From Prorocentrum cordatum (lineage: Eukaryota), in the NCBI GenBank assembly GCA_963575745.1, contig CAUYUJ010000270.1, forward strand, positions 248,001-312,000: 64,000 nt of DNA, read 5' to 3'. Made by a program: the position numbers and the translations under genes. Shown piece after piece: positions 26,501 through 38,775 of this stretch (position 1 is the first letter of the stretch; the number at the start of each line of letters is the position of its first letter). The notes beneath the pieces are model-generated. The model was not told the DNA's origin. It did not search any database and saw only the letters and a list, made by a program, of their open reading frames with translations.

Positions 26501-27200
26501 AGGCGATGAATTCCTTAGAGGGTCCGCTCTGGTGTGGGGGACGGTTGTGTGTTCTGTGAAAATGTCCACCTGGTGTGAGCGGGGCAAGCTTCTGCGCAAC
26601 TCGTAAATCTTTGGCCAGTCTGACGCACGTGTTGGGGAAGCAACTCCCATGAGCCAGTCTGCCTGCATCGTGCATATCCCCTGGGCCAATGGCAGGTTGG
26701 CCGGCTGCTGTGTTCGACCCTGCAGTCAGCGCCACCGCCGGCCCATCGGGGAGCGAGCTTGCCCACGTGTCCATGGATGGTGGCGACTGAAAAGACAGTT
26801 TGTCAGTCCCGGGGGGCCCGTGAACCACCGTGACGTGGTGCTGTATGGTGGCAACAAGGGCCTTCGTCGCATCCTCGTTGAGACGGTGACGTTTGGCGCC
26901 ATTGTCCAGAGTGGTGATTGGGGTGGGGGTTCTGACCCGCTGAAATACCTGACCCGTAGCGCTGTCTACTTCCTCGTCGGAGAAAAGGGGTGTCTGCTGG
27001 CCCCTCGCTCTGCTGCTGCTTATCTGCCGCGTTACCACTCTCATTTGCCGGGGGTAGGCCAGATGCCTGGGCCCTGATGGTGGCCCTCGCCCGCGAGAGG
27101 AGGGAGTTGCCGCACGTCCTGGTATTTTCTACGTCGTTGGCCCGCACCCTGTCCTTTCTGTCGGTGGCGCGGGGGTTGAGAAGGAAGGAGATGACGCGAA
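23573..27200 (-). pseudogene. Upf1/DNA2-like superfamily-1 helicase with a long C-terminal extension, frameshifted
   Basis: VVHGPPGTDK (degenerate Walker A), LLIIDEAA, LVGDPKQLPPTV, SIFDRL, CYRKHP, YANLPEA, STVDSSQG. In another frame: TTRSN..GFMDNPNRVNVAIARA..VIIGD. Frameshifts at C/G runs. Confidence 0.8.
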
Positions 27201-27464
27201 GCGTCTAGAATTGCTGCGAACGGAAACCAGAGATGCATGAACCGTAAGGTGTTGTGCAAGCTACATGGGATGCGCGCGCGGCGTACGACTCACAGGTTTG
27301 ACGTGCTTTAGACCCAAATGGCAACTGCATCAAGTAATGCTCGAGACATCCCAAGATTGTTCCATACGGCTCCATGACGCCCTGTGAGGCTCCATGATTG
27401 AGGCGTCACCCAGCAGGAATCCCAGCAGCAAGCAAAAGTGGCCATTCACATTTCGCAGCAGCCC

Positions 27465-28060
27465 CACGGAGGCGAGGTCTAGTTCCGACGCTTTCAACAC
27501 GCCACTCCTCCGGACCCCCGAGGAGCCCTCGAAAGTGGCGACAGTCTCAACGTTCGCAGCCCCCCAAGGAGGCGAGGTCTGCCTGGGACGCCTTTCAGAC
27601 GCCACTCCGATTCAATCCCCAGCAGCTCACGGAAGTGACGACATTTTGGCAGTTGTCAGATTGCCAGCCCCCCAGGAAGGCGCGGTCTAGTTGCGACACA
27701 TTCAAAAATCCGCTGGGCTCCCCAGCAGCCCTCGCAAGTGGCGACAGATTCACACTTCGCATCCCCACCAGGAGGCGAGGTCAAGCTCCGACGCCGTTGA
27801 GAAGTCACTCCGCTGGACCCCTCAACAGCTCTCGAAAGTGGCAACCGTTTCACAGTTCGCAGCCCCGTACGGAGGAGAGGTCTAGTTCCGACGCCTTTCA
27901 GACGTCACCCAGCTGGACACCCCAGCAGCCATGGCGACAATGTCACAGTTCGCAGGCCCCCAGGAAGGCGAGGTATAGATGCGACGCCTTTCAGGCATCA
28001 CTCCGCTGGACCCCTCAGCAGCCCTAGAAAGCGGCAACAGCTTCGCAGTTCGCAGCCCAA
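27465..28060. repeat. ~100-bp tandem repeat, 6 copies
   Basis: GGCGAGGTCT-like anchor at 27471, 27571, 27679, 27774, 27874, 27967. Confidence 0.85.
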
Positions 28061-28479
28061 AATGGGCAGCGAGGGCAGCAGGCAGGCTGGCAGGCAGGCA
28101 AGAGACAGGTGGGAGGCAAGATGGGAGAGGAGGAGGGAAGCGGGAGAAGTAGGATCATGTGGCGACTGCAGCGATACATCCAGACCGGGAACCCAACAAA
28201 CGAGGGTTGGGAGAAAGAGCGGAGGAGGGAGGCGAGATGAGAGATGCGCACGCGATGAGCTATTCAAAACAAGAACCCAACGGAGGGTTGGGAATAACAA
28301 AGACCTGTACCGTCGGACTTCCTCCTGCTCCTCCTCCTCCTCCGCCATTCCTCTTCCTGATAAGTAACTCCTCCCTGTCGCACCCCGAGGCCGGTCGAAA
28401 GGGCGGGCTGGGCGTTTCGCCTGAAACTTCCGACTTCCTCACCGTTCTGGATCCTGAAGCTTCAGATTTCCAGCAGTTC

Positions 28480-28950
28480 CACGGATGGAGGGCGGGTGGT
28501 TTTCAAGACGTGGCTCTCGCCTTAGCGCCGCAAAAGTTTGCAGCAGCTGCACGGATGGAGGGCGGGTGGTTTTCAAAATGTGGCTCTCGCCTCAGCGCCG
28601 CGCGCATTCGTTCAAAAACAGCTTGCAAGAGCTTCACGAATGGAGGGCGGTTCCTTTTCAAAATGTCGGACTGTCAGGGCGCAACAGTTCGGTTGATTCG
28701 TCGTGTTGAAACCCAGAAACGGCGTTTTGGCACGATTCGGGATCGTCAAGGCGCAACAGTATTGTTGGTTCGGGGAGCTTGAAGTCCCAGGGAGGTTGTT
28801 CAGCCACAACTCAGGATTTTCAAACAGTGTCTTCCACAGGGGCACTTCCTTCAATGAGAACGAATCCTTGTAGGGGCCGGTGACGATGGAACTTGGAGGG
28901 AGGCTTCATTGCATTCTCGTTGATGGATCTTGGGTTTACACTGGTCCTCC
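28480..28950 (+). repeat. Dispersed repeat family (GAGGGCGGGTGGTTTTCAAAATGTGGCTCTCGCC... / GTTGAAGTCCCAG...)
   Basis: Related copies at ~34420-34790, 41085-41250, 53620-54400 and 61210-61680. Confidence 0.8.
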
Positions 28951-28959
28951 TCGTCCTCC

Positions 28960-29000
<41 letters not shown>

Positions 29001-29699
29001 CTCCTCCTCCTCCTCCTCCTCCTCCTCCTCTTTCTCCTCCTCAGCCACCTCCACCACCTCCTCATCCACCTCCTCCTACTTCTCCGCACGCTGACTTCAG
29101 AAAATTGATCGGGTGGGTATGCTCCGCGATGCCGTGCCGCAGACTCGAGCAGGTCGGGCCCGAAAACTGTTCGCTCAGTGGGCGAGCCAGCCAGGCTAGG
29201 AAAACAGGCAGGGCTGGCGTGGCGCACTGGCGAGCGGGCCGCGCCATCTGCGCGGGAAAACCTGAATGGTCCTCCATCCCCTCCCCTCCCCCTCCCCCTC
29301 CTCCTCCTCCTCCGCCACCTCTCCCACCACCACCGTCATCCTCTCCAAAATTTCAGCGCATCGGGTTGCACAATATTCACGTGCCCCTCAACTTCTGGCC
29401 TCTGGGCTCTGTTTCAGGCTTCAGGGCGATCATGCAATAATCTGGGGACCCCGTTTTAAAACAACAACGACAGCCCTAGGTCTGGCTGAAAAACGCCATT
29501 GGAGGACCACGGGGAGACAGAGGACCATCACATTTTCTGAATGTTCTGGGCCCGTGTGGACCTTCAGGGGAATCTGGAGGCCTTCGGGGGAGCTCCTCCT
29601 CCCCTCTTCTCCTGCCATTATCTTCCTTCTCCTCCATCTCCTCCCGTTCCTCCTCCTTCTCATCTTCCTCCTCCTCCTCATCCTCCTCCTCCCCAATCC

Positions 29700-32600
29700 T
29701 CGCTCGACAAGATTGACAGCTCCGCGCGCCGATACGTCGGACGGGATGGACCTCCACGCTTCCAATGGCAGCAGTTACGCTGGGAACGGCCGCGACGGCG
29801 GCTGTATGCAGACGCGGGTACCCGCGCCTGGACTACTGCGCGGCGTTGGGCTCAGCACTTGCGGTCTGAGCGCAACCGGCTACAACGCTGCTGCGAGAGG
29901 CTCACAATTGCCTCCACTACGTGTGCCATCGCCCCTGCCCCGCACAAGTTGGTGCTTCGCGCCTTTAACGAGGCGGCTGCCTACTGCAACCGCATCGGCC
30001 AGACCGACCAGGTGCTCAAGTTCCTGGATGGGTCCTACCGCGACTTCTTCAAGCGGGGGGTCACGGTCCTGGTCGAGCTCGGCTTCGATGACATGGTGGA
30101 CGCCATCATCGGCCGTGCTGATGAGCTCCTGGCTGCGGACCGTCGCGTCAAGGAGTCGGCCTGGCGTGAGTGGGCTCGCGATGCCTTCGACGGTGGCGCT
30201 AGGGGTGCACGCGCTGCATCCAAGGTTCGCGCGAGCCAGGAGGTTGTTAGATTTGTGGCGGATGCCCAACCTCACCTGCTGGCCAACAAGACCCTGGAGT
30301 CCTGGAAGGAAGTATGGACCACGCACAACTTGTGTTCCGTCCCCTTGCCCGATGACGTCGACGACTGGGAGTGCCTGCCGCCCATCACGGTGCCGATGTT
30401 GAGGGAGGCCATTCGCTCCTTCCCCATGCGCACTGCGGCTGGCCAGACGCGGCTGGCTCCACGGACCTTGGACGTATTGTCAGACCAGGCCTTACGAGCT
30501 CTGGCCGACATGTTCATGATCTTCGAAGATCGCCTGCGATGGCTGCCGAACCCATCTACAGAGAGATGGTGCGGCTTCCGAAGCCAGACGGGGGCCGTCG
30601 GCTCATCGTCCTGAGCAACACGCTCGTTCGCATCTGGGCTAAGGTTCGACGGCCGCTCTCGGCGCAGTGGCAGGAAGTCCAGAACTACGACGAGATGTGG
30701 GGTACGAGAGCAGGTCACACCTCCTCCGACTCCGCATTCGACCACAACCTCCAGCAGGAGATTGGAGAGCTCTTTGGTGAGTGCACCGCCACCATCCTGC
30801 TGGACATGATCAAGTGCTTCGACATGGTTAACCCGTGGGCCTTGCTCCGCGAAGCCCGAGAGCTCGGCTATCCATTGCGGTTAAAAATGGATGCTGATCT
30901 CCTTCTACCGCCAGCCGCGCCGCATCAAGGCGCTCGGTAGTCTGTCGGACCCGTTCAAGGCCTTCCAAGGGCTGCTGGCGGGCTGCACGCACGCCATCTA
31001 CCTGCTCTACTTGCTTACGTACCGGGCGGTGCAGCGCGCTCGCACGGTTGCTCCGGCTGTCACCCCGCGTGCTCTCGTGGACGACGTCGGCCTGCAGCTC
31101 GTTTCCGAGAGTTGGAACGACTTGAGGTTGCTGGCCAAGGTGGCGAGCATCTTCACCAAGGATGCGGCCGAGCTCGGCCTTATCCTCTGGCCCCAGAAGT
31201 CGGCCATCGTGGTCGGACCCAGAATGGCGCGGATCCTTCTCTCAAGGTGTCGGGCGCACGGCTTGCTCCAGGTGCCGCACGCCGACCACATGCGCAACCT
31301 GGGCACGAGCTTCACGGCCCGCGGGTTCGCAGGAGGGTCGAGAAGAAGCGGCTCAAGAAGCTCAAGGAGCGTACAAACCGCTTCCTGATGCTAAAAGCGG
31401 CTGTGGGCTGTAAGGCGACGCGTCTGTGGCGAACGGGGGCCATGCCCTCCGTCGCTCACGGAGCGTCGGTGTCGGGCGTCACGGGTGCGACTCTTCGGAC
31501 ATTGAGGCACTTTGCTGCTGTCCTTAACGGAGCCCCAGGCGGGAGTTCCAGCGCTGGCGTGGCTGCCTACCTCATTACACACCCCTCGGCGGAGTACGAC
31601 CCCATGTACGCCGCCTCCATCGACGTCGTGATGAAGTTACGCGGAGTGGGTGTGGGACGGGAGAGCATCTCCTAGTCGACTCCGACGTGCCTGGGAGGTC
31701 ATCGCGGCCAAGTTCGATGACGCCACTACCTGGGCGCAGGCCAGGGGGTCCCTTGGCGCCACCTGGCTGTCACTGCGCCGGCTGGGTTGGCGGTTGGTGT
31801 CGCCGCACATCCTGCTGGACGATGTTGGGAACACCATTGACATTCATCGAGTTTGTCCTGCTGACCTTCGGCCCTTCCTCGCGGAGGGAGCAGCGCGAAC
31901 GCCTGCAGCACCACATGTACAACAAAAACGGCGCGGACATCTGGCACCGTGGGCTTCGACATGCCGTCGCGGGCATCAGACGCCGCCGGCAGCTCGGCGC
32001 CGTGCAGGCACATTGGGCGGACACCATTCCCATGCCTCCTCGGCGCGATATGATTTTGGGAAGGCCTATGCGTCATGCCAGGCCTGTGGGCAGCACTTAG
32101 CCCAAGACGAGTGCTGGGGGCATGTCGTCTTCCAATGCCCCGCACTCTTATCTGCTGATGCTCCCATGCCGCAGGATACAAGGGCGACTGATGGCCAGAC
32201 CGTCGGCGCCCCCCCTGAAGTTCGGTTGAGTTGCGGCGGAGATGATGATATCTTACCCGCGGTCGGCGAACAGGATGGGGCGACTGAGTTACACGCTCCG
32301 GCGCACCTGATGGAAGCGCGAGCTTGGCAGGACAATTTTCAGACCCATTGGGTCGACGTAAGAACGAGAATGGGATGGAGCAACATCCTACTCCTGGAGG
32401 GTCGGAACCGAAGGTCGTCGTCGAGCCACCGCCGGCAGCGAGGGCCCCGGCAGAAGGCGTTCCCGACCATCTGCTGGAGGTGCGCGAGCGTTTGCTGAAG
32501 GCTGGCATGATAACGAGCGTCCCCTCCTACGAGAAGCCCTACATGGTATTTGGCCTTCCTGAGCCGCCAGCTGGAATTCCAAGTGCAGCTTCGATTGGTA

Positions 32601-34280
32601 CTGGCTACTTTGAATGGGGGGACTCGGCAGGATAATGGGGTACAAAGTCTTATATAGATGGCTCAGGCTACGCCTCGGGCATGCCCGAAATCCGCCGCTG
32701 CGGGTGCGCAGTTGTGCAGCTTTATCCCAGCACGCTCTTGCAGATCAGGGCCCGCTATGGCTCACTGCCGTACCGACTGCAGCCGGTAGGCAGAGCGGAG
32801 CGCTTCTCGATAAAGATGGGCCTCGATGCAAACCCCGATCACGAGCTCTTCGTCTCGGACTTGCTCTCCCTCGTCCGCGAAGGCACGCCATGGGCGCCTA
32901 GGCTGGCCCGTGGGCGGGCGAAACATGCGAGGGTGCGGAGAGACATCTTCGGGGCCACGCGAGGTCGTACCTCTGCGGGCCCGCCCACTTTCAGGTGGAC
33001 ACCTGCGCATCGCAGCATGGATGACATCGTCGACGCGGACATGGCGGACCTCGAAGATTGGCTTGGTAATAGCTGGGCTGACTACTTCGCCAAGCTCGGC
33101 TCCTCATGCCACATGGTGGCCACCACCGTCGGCGAGGCGATTCAAGAGTCGTTACGCGAGCATCGACGGGTGTTGCAGCATGTTGCCTGGGTGTGCTTGC
33201 AGGTCGTCACCGGGAAGAAGTGGGGAGTGGATGACACGCATACGCCACCCGCTCCGCGGGCGCCTGGGGTTGTGATTCAGCGGAGCACCGACCACGAGCT
33301 GGTGCATTACGGTGCCGACGGGCTATTCGGCGAGTACCGCTGCAAGCGATGCAACGCCACTGCTCGGACTGCATGGTCGCTTGAGTCTTTGAGGCGCGGT
33401 TCGCTGCGGACGCGCGCCCCCGACCACCTTCAGACGTTCGCAGCCTGTCAGTTCTTCGGCAACGCGCCTTTGGAGTGGAGGGCGGTCACGGACAGCCGCG
33501 TGGCGATCGCCCTCGATATGGCCACGGACGTCTTGGGAGAGGCCGACGCCCGCCGGCGGCCCCGCAGGCAGGCAGCTCTGACGGCCTTGAGTGTTTTTTT
33601 AGCGCTGGGACACGACGTGTTCCGGGTGGATCCTTAGTTCTGCTGCAGGCGGTGCGGCGGCTACTGTGAAGTACAAGATGCTCGCACGGCCCGCAAGCTA
33701 AGGCACAAGTGTCTGGGCTTATCCGAAACGCCTGCCACTCGCCGAAACCAGCTCTCTGCCACTGACAGAATTGGCAGAGGACTGGTTCCCCGATTGCGGG
33801 GGCCTTCCCAGGCCCGCCTGGCCTGGCCAGGCCGCCCTTGCTGCGGGGAGGAGCCCCTCTGGGTTTCCTGCCCGCTTCTCCTTCTCGCGAGCCGCCCGCT
33901 CCAGGGAAACTGGGCTGTGCACCGCTGGGCGGCGTGCAGTCCAGGATCCGCGGTTGGGCGGCTTGTGGCGCCTGGCTGCCGCTGGCGCCTGAGCTGCTTC
34001 GGCTGCCTGGCTGCCGCGGCGCTGGGTGCTTTGCGGGAGGGAAGCCCTTTTGGTTTTCCTCCTGTCTTGGCTGGCGGCCCCCGCCGCCTTCATGCGGCCC
34101 CCGTGCCGCGCGCTTCCCACGCCGCGCCACGCGGGACGGGGAAGTCGCTGCCGCTGGCCTCTGGCCGCGGCAGCCTCTCCAGCTGGCCCCTGCCTGCCTT
34201 TCCGCTTCGGCGTGCGCCGACTGCGCTCTTTCCCGCCCCGCGCCTGTCCTCTCAGACGCGGCCCGCGGAGCTCTGCGCCT
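29700..34280 (+). mobile_element. Degenerate non-LTR retrotransposon pol: reverse transcriptase + RNase H + C-terminal Cys motifs
   Basis: RT motifs across frames: LPKPDGGRRLI, ILLDMIKCFDMV, QGLLAGC, LVDD, KSAIV, RNLG. RNase H: YIDGSG (32651), RAE, FVSD, WTPAH, GNSWADYFAK. C-terminal CKRC and CRRCGGY. Several frameshifts. Confidence 0.9.
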
Positions 34281-35214
34281 CCTCCTCCTCCATTCCTCCT
34301 CCCTATAAACAACTCCTCCTTTTCGCACCACCAGATGTGTCCGTAGGCTGGGCCAGGCCTTTCGCTTGAGACTTCCTGACAACGTACTTTCCAACAAGTA
34401 CGCGGATGGAAACCGGTAACTTTTCAATGTGGGGCTCTCGTCTAAGCGCCACGCACATTCGTCGTACAAGTCTGTAGCGGCTGCGAGGATGGAGGGCCTG
34501 TGGTCTTCAAAATTGGCCTCTCCCCACAGAGCCGCGCACACTTGTCATCAACAATTGCAGCTAATGAGAGGAGTGAGCCTTGTAAGCTTTCCAAGTACGG
34601 TTCTCGCTTGAGACTTCCTCGGGGTTCATTGACCGAAGTTCCAACTTGTGCAACTCGTTTACAACATGAGGCTCTCGCTCAAAACTTCCGCAAATTCGAC
34701 GACCAGAACTTGAAGCTGTGCAGCGCTTGAACGGATGGAGGACAAATCCTTTTCAAAACAGGGCTATCGCTTGACGCACCCTTGCACTGTAACATCCAAT
34801 CCCTGCGCGTTTCTTCACGGAAAGGAGTCTCGACTGAATGGCAGGACCCCGGGGCGCTGGTCATTCAAGGGAGGCGCCTCCCGCAGTGGAAAGGAACACT
34901 TGTTGTGACTTCTGGAAAGGGGCACTTGGAACGGAAGGGTGTCTTGCAGCATCGCGGATGGATCCTGAATGTTTTCATCGAAAACCAACAGGAAGGCATA
35001 TCGAATAATCCGCTGCCCCTCAGGTACTCATCCTGCATCCGCCACCGTGCCGCTGGGCACGGAGTGGGCGTGTCCTCAAGTCCTTTGTCTAATCCCTGGA
35101 AGCTCAGTCCTCAGCCCTGGGGAGTCCTTCAAGGCCTGGACCGAAAATTGCCAAATCTCCTGGGGATTCCCACGTGCCCCCTGGGCTCTGGGAAGTGTTG
35201 TCGCATGACTTTTT

Positions 35215-35735
35215 AGAGCCCAAGAGGGCCCGAACACGAACCAAGAGGGCCCCACGACGCCCCCAACACGGTCCAAGAGCGCCCCGAATTGCCGAAATAT
35301 CGTTCCAAGACGCCCCGGATGGCCTCAAGATGGCCCCACGACCACCCACAAACTACCAAAGGGGCCTCAAAGAGGGCCCCAAGACGGCCTACGAGCGCCA
35401 CAAGACGGCCCAAGAGGGCCCCAAGACGTCCCCCAAAGGGGCCCAAGAGAAGGAACACGAACCGAAAATCCGAGCCTTCTGCCCCAAGGGGTTCCCAGGA
35501 GGCCCCAAGAGGCGCCAAGGAGGCTCCAAGAGGCCCCTCAGAGGCCCCAAGAGGCCCCGAGAGGCTCCCGAGCTGCCCAAGAGGCCCCAAGAGGCTGCAA
35601 AACGACCCCCAAGAGGCCTCCAAACTGCCTCCAAGAGGCCCCTGAGAGGTCTCCCACGAGATCCCAACGAACATACAAGATGCTGCATACACTCAGCCCA
35701 AGCACGATGGCGGGATGGTCCGAAGGCTGTTAGAA
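35215..35735. repeat. GGCCCCAAGA minisatellite-containing repeat
   Basis: Tandem ~10-11-bp units. Confidence 0.8.
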
Positions 35736-35811
35736 ACTGGATGTGCTCTGGTGTTCCCCCTCCCACTCCTCCACCTCTTCCTCCTCCTCCTCCTTCTCCT
35801 GCTCCTCCTCT

Positions 35812-35833
35812 TCCGTAGCTCTGTTGGCTCATG
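35812..35833 (+). other. Full-length spliced-leader relic at the 5' end of the second non-LTR element
   Basis: TCCGTAGCTCTGTTGGCTCATG, 18/22 identical to TCCGTAGCCATTTTGGCTCAAG. Confidence 0.75.
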
Positions 35834-38112
35834 ATGATTTCCTTTGGCACTGTTCAGCCTCCAGGCAACAGGGATTCTGCTAGTCCGCGGCCAGTTTCGT
35901 CACCTCGGCATGGTCCTCCCCAGGCATGGACCTCCGTGCCAGCGCGCGGAGGCGGTAAGTTCCTTCAGAAGCATGCCCGGCACCCGAGTGCTGGGTTGGC
36001 GAGCTCCTGGCGGAGCGTTGGTGGTCGAGGCGGCCCTGTCCTAGTGCGATGACGCCGCCGCCGCCCCTTCACCAGCGCAAGTGATTATGCAGGCACTGCT
36101 TGCACAAGCGCACTAGGAAGCCATTCCTCAATTTCGCTGAGAACCAGCACTGCCACCAGTGCAAGCGCTCGGAGGGCCAGTGTTTCAACGGCTACGTGAC
36201 GCTCAAGGAGCCGTCGACGTCTACGCGCCAGCGGAATGGTTCGGGCAAGGGGTCCGAGCCGCCGTGGGCCAAGGGCTCGTCAGCCGAAGTTCAGCAGTTC
36301 TCGGCTCAGGTCAAGCAGTTGCATGAGCAGCTCAAGCAAGCCCGCAAGCCGCCAGACACCGTCATCATCGACGCGGATGGTGAGGGGACGCCCGACTTGC
36401 GGGCTACTCGGGCCCGCCTCGCCGAGGTCGAAAAGGGCTGGCTACCGCCGAGAGCTTCTCGGGGACCTCGTGGGAGAACCTGGCAAGACAGCTGGCAACT
36501 GAGCAATCGCAGCTGCAACAGGATCTGCTGGCGGCCAGGCCTCAGAGCCAGCAAATGCGCATCATCCTCCTTCGCCAGATTGAGGGGCCGAGCGAAGCCT
36601 TCAGAAGAGCAGTGACTCTCTCGGAGCCTCGCAGGAGAAGGTCGCGGAGATGTAAGCGGCCGTCGGGAAGGGGGGAGCTGCCATCGCGCAGCAGGAGGCC
36701 GCGCTGGCAAACTTTCGGCGTCGGCAGGCGCTGCTGGTGGCCGCGTCGCCGCAGCCCGCGCCCATGGAGGAGTGCTGGGGCGCCTGCCCAGGCGGCCCCC
36801 CTCCTGCAGCTGGACACGGACAATCTTACGGCGGTGCTTGTCGGGCTCGGTGTCCAGGGGCCTGGCCAGACTGGCGCAGCAGCTGCCCCAGTGCATGGCC
36901 CAGTGCCCAGCAGCGCCCCGGGGGTGGGCGGCGGAGTGGCCCGCTCGGCGGCTGCCGGCCCGCCGCCAGCCCCTGCTGCCCCAGCCATCGGGTTTGACGT
37001 CGGCGAGATGCGGCAGCGGCTCGCCGAGGCGGGGGCCCAGGTCCCCGAGTCCGACGAGCTCGGCGTGCAACTGGCCTCCAGAGGTCCAGGGCCGCTGCAG
37101 TTACGACCATCTCCAAGGGAGCTGGCCAGGGCCAACGGGTTTCGTTCCTAGCTTGATGCGCACCATCGCCATGATGGCCGCGGTCTTTCTGATTCTCGGC
37201 AGCAGCCCAGCGACGGCGAGCAACTTTTCAGCAATTAACCGTGCACCAGATCAGATGCGGATGGGCGCTGCCGCGTCGTCGCCGCTTGTCTGCTTCGTGC
37301 GCCGCTCGGACCTGCAGATGCTCGGGCTCGAGCGGAGCCCCCGCGTCAACTGGGCGTTGTCGCGCGGCCCATGGGGCTCAGTGCCAGCTTGCCTGGCGAC
37401 TCCGCGGAGCGCCCTCGCGCCCGCCGGGCTGCCTTGGCAGCGCTGCTGGGCGGCTCTGGCGGATCCCCTAGCGAACCAGAGGGCCCCGTGGCCCAGGGGC
37501 GCCGCCGTCGCCCGCAGCAGCAAGTGTCTGGTCCAGAGGAGGGCCCTTGCCAGCACCTCCTGGCTTGGCCCCCATCGAGACGACGAGGAATCGTGCGCCA
37601 GTGGAAAGCCCGACGCAAATCGGCCCCAACGTGCCACCAGAGCCGCTGGGCGGGTCGGCGGGGCCGCCAGAAGCGCCGCCGAAGCCGCCGCGGCTGTCGG
37701 GAAGTCCGCTGGAGACGCCGCCGACGCCAACTGGGCAGTCAGAAGGGCTTCTGGGGCCGCCGCCGAAGGGGTTCCAAGGGCGCCGGAGCCGCCGCTGGCA
37801 GCTTGCGGGGGCGCTGGGGCCGCCGCCCAGCCCACTGATCACAAGCCTGTTTTTGTGGTCAGGCCGTGGCCCCTCCAGACTTGCCGGGCCCACCCAGGCT
37901 GCTCGCGGGAATGCCTGGCCCCGCGCCGCCGCCGGGCGCCCCCCGCCGGGCGCGTCGGCGGGGCCGCCAAGGGCGCCGGGCGCGCCGCTTGGGCCGCCGA
38001 GGCCACTGGGGCCCGCCCGGTGCGGCGCCAGAGCCGCCAAGGGGCGCGCCGGGCGCGCAGGCGGGGTCGCCGGGGGCGCCTGGCGCGCCGCTGGGGCAGC
38101 GGGGGGGCGCCA
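35812..38112 (+). mobile_element. 5' part (ORF1-like) of a degenerate non-LTR retrotransposon
   Basis: NFAENQHCHQC zinc-finger-like motif plus coiled coil, frameshifted. It is contiguous with the endonuclease fragment at 52454+ once the 14.3-kb insert is removed. Confidence 0.55.
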
Positions 38113-38148
38113 CTACCATGTCTTTTTCGGTTGCGGGGCCTTATAAGT
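38113..38148 (+). repeat. Left TIR
   Basis: CTACCATGTCTTTTTCGGTTGCGGGGCCTTATAAGT, preceded by CA (38111-38112). Confidence 0.9.
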
Positions 38149-38307
38149 ACTTAAGACGCCTTATAACGACTTATAAAACAATTAAGAAAAAGTTAGCTTG
38201 GCTTTATCATAAGTGTTTGTAAGTGTTTATAAGTTCCCCATAAGTTTTCCATAAGTTTTATAAGTGTTTTTAAGTGTTTGGTTAAGTTTAACATAAGTGT
38301 TTTTAAC
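38140..38307. repeat. Left subterminal repeats (TTATAAG / ATAAGTGTT, ~10-bp period)
   Basis: AT-rich island in a GC-rich context; same motif at 52141-52420. Confidence 0.85.
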
Positions 38308-38685
38308 TTTTCTTGCTCTGTATATACATTGCCATTTGGGGCCCATATACCAGACAGCACTTGGCAGTCTATCACGCCTCAGCGTGCCAGGGGGCACGGT
38401 GGTGGATCTCATTAATTCACTGCGTGGGCAACCATGGGGCAACCACGGGACAACCAGAGGACAACGGCCTCAACCAGAACAAAGGTCCCAGAAATATTGC
38501 CACGACCACTGCATCAAACATCATCATAATCAAAAACGTAAGCATCATTCAAAACATCATCGGCATAAACGCAGCCATCGTAACCATCAGAAACATCATG
38601 TACGCAACAATCATATACATCACAGTCTCATGATTATAGCACGCAACATAAACATATCATCAACAGAACGCAAATGCCAACATCA

Positions 38686-38707
38686 ACCGAAGCCATTTTT
38701 GGCTTAG
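38686..38707 (+). other. Spliced-leader relic
   Basis: ACCGAAGCCATTTTTGGCTTAG; a second degenerate copy GCCCATTTTGGGCCCAG at 38742-38758. Confidence 0.75.
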
Positions 38708-38775
38708 TCCTTTATCGCACTATAGGGCGCAGTTCTTTGTCGCCCATTTTGGGCCCAGTTCCCGCGCGGTCAGGG

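Noticed and set aside
25200..27044. Helitron RepHel helicase
   Set aside because: The motifs are Upf1/DNA2-type (GDPKQLPP, NRxNVAxxRA) rather than PIF1-type, and no HUH Rep motifs were seen.
35174..35818. 214-aa basic ORF
   Set aside because: Derived from the GGCCCCAAGA minisatellite.
35812..35833. Functional SL RNA gene
   Set aside because: It mismatches the SL and lacks the GT donor/intron of an SL RNA immediately downstream; treated as a relic.
38111..38115. Canonical CACTA terminus with a 3-bp TSD
   Set aside because: The right end reads TAGCA rather than TAGTG and the 3-bp flanks (CGC vs GGG) differ; CTACC termini with a CA duplication fit exactly.
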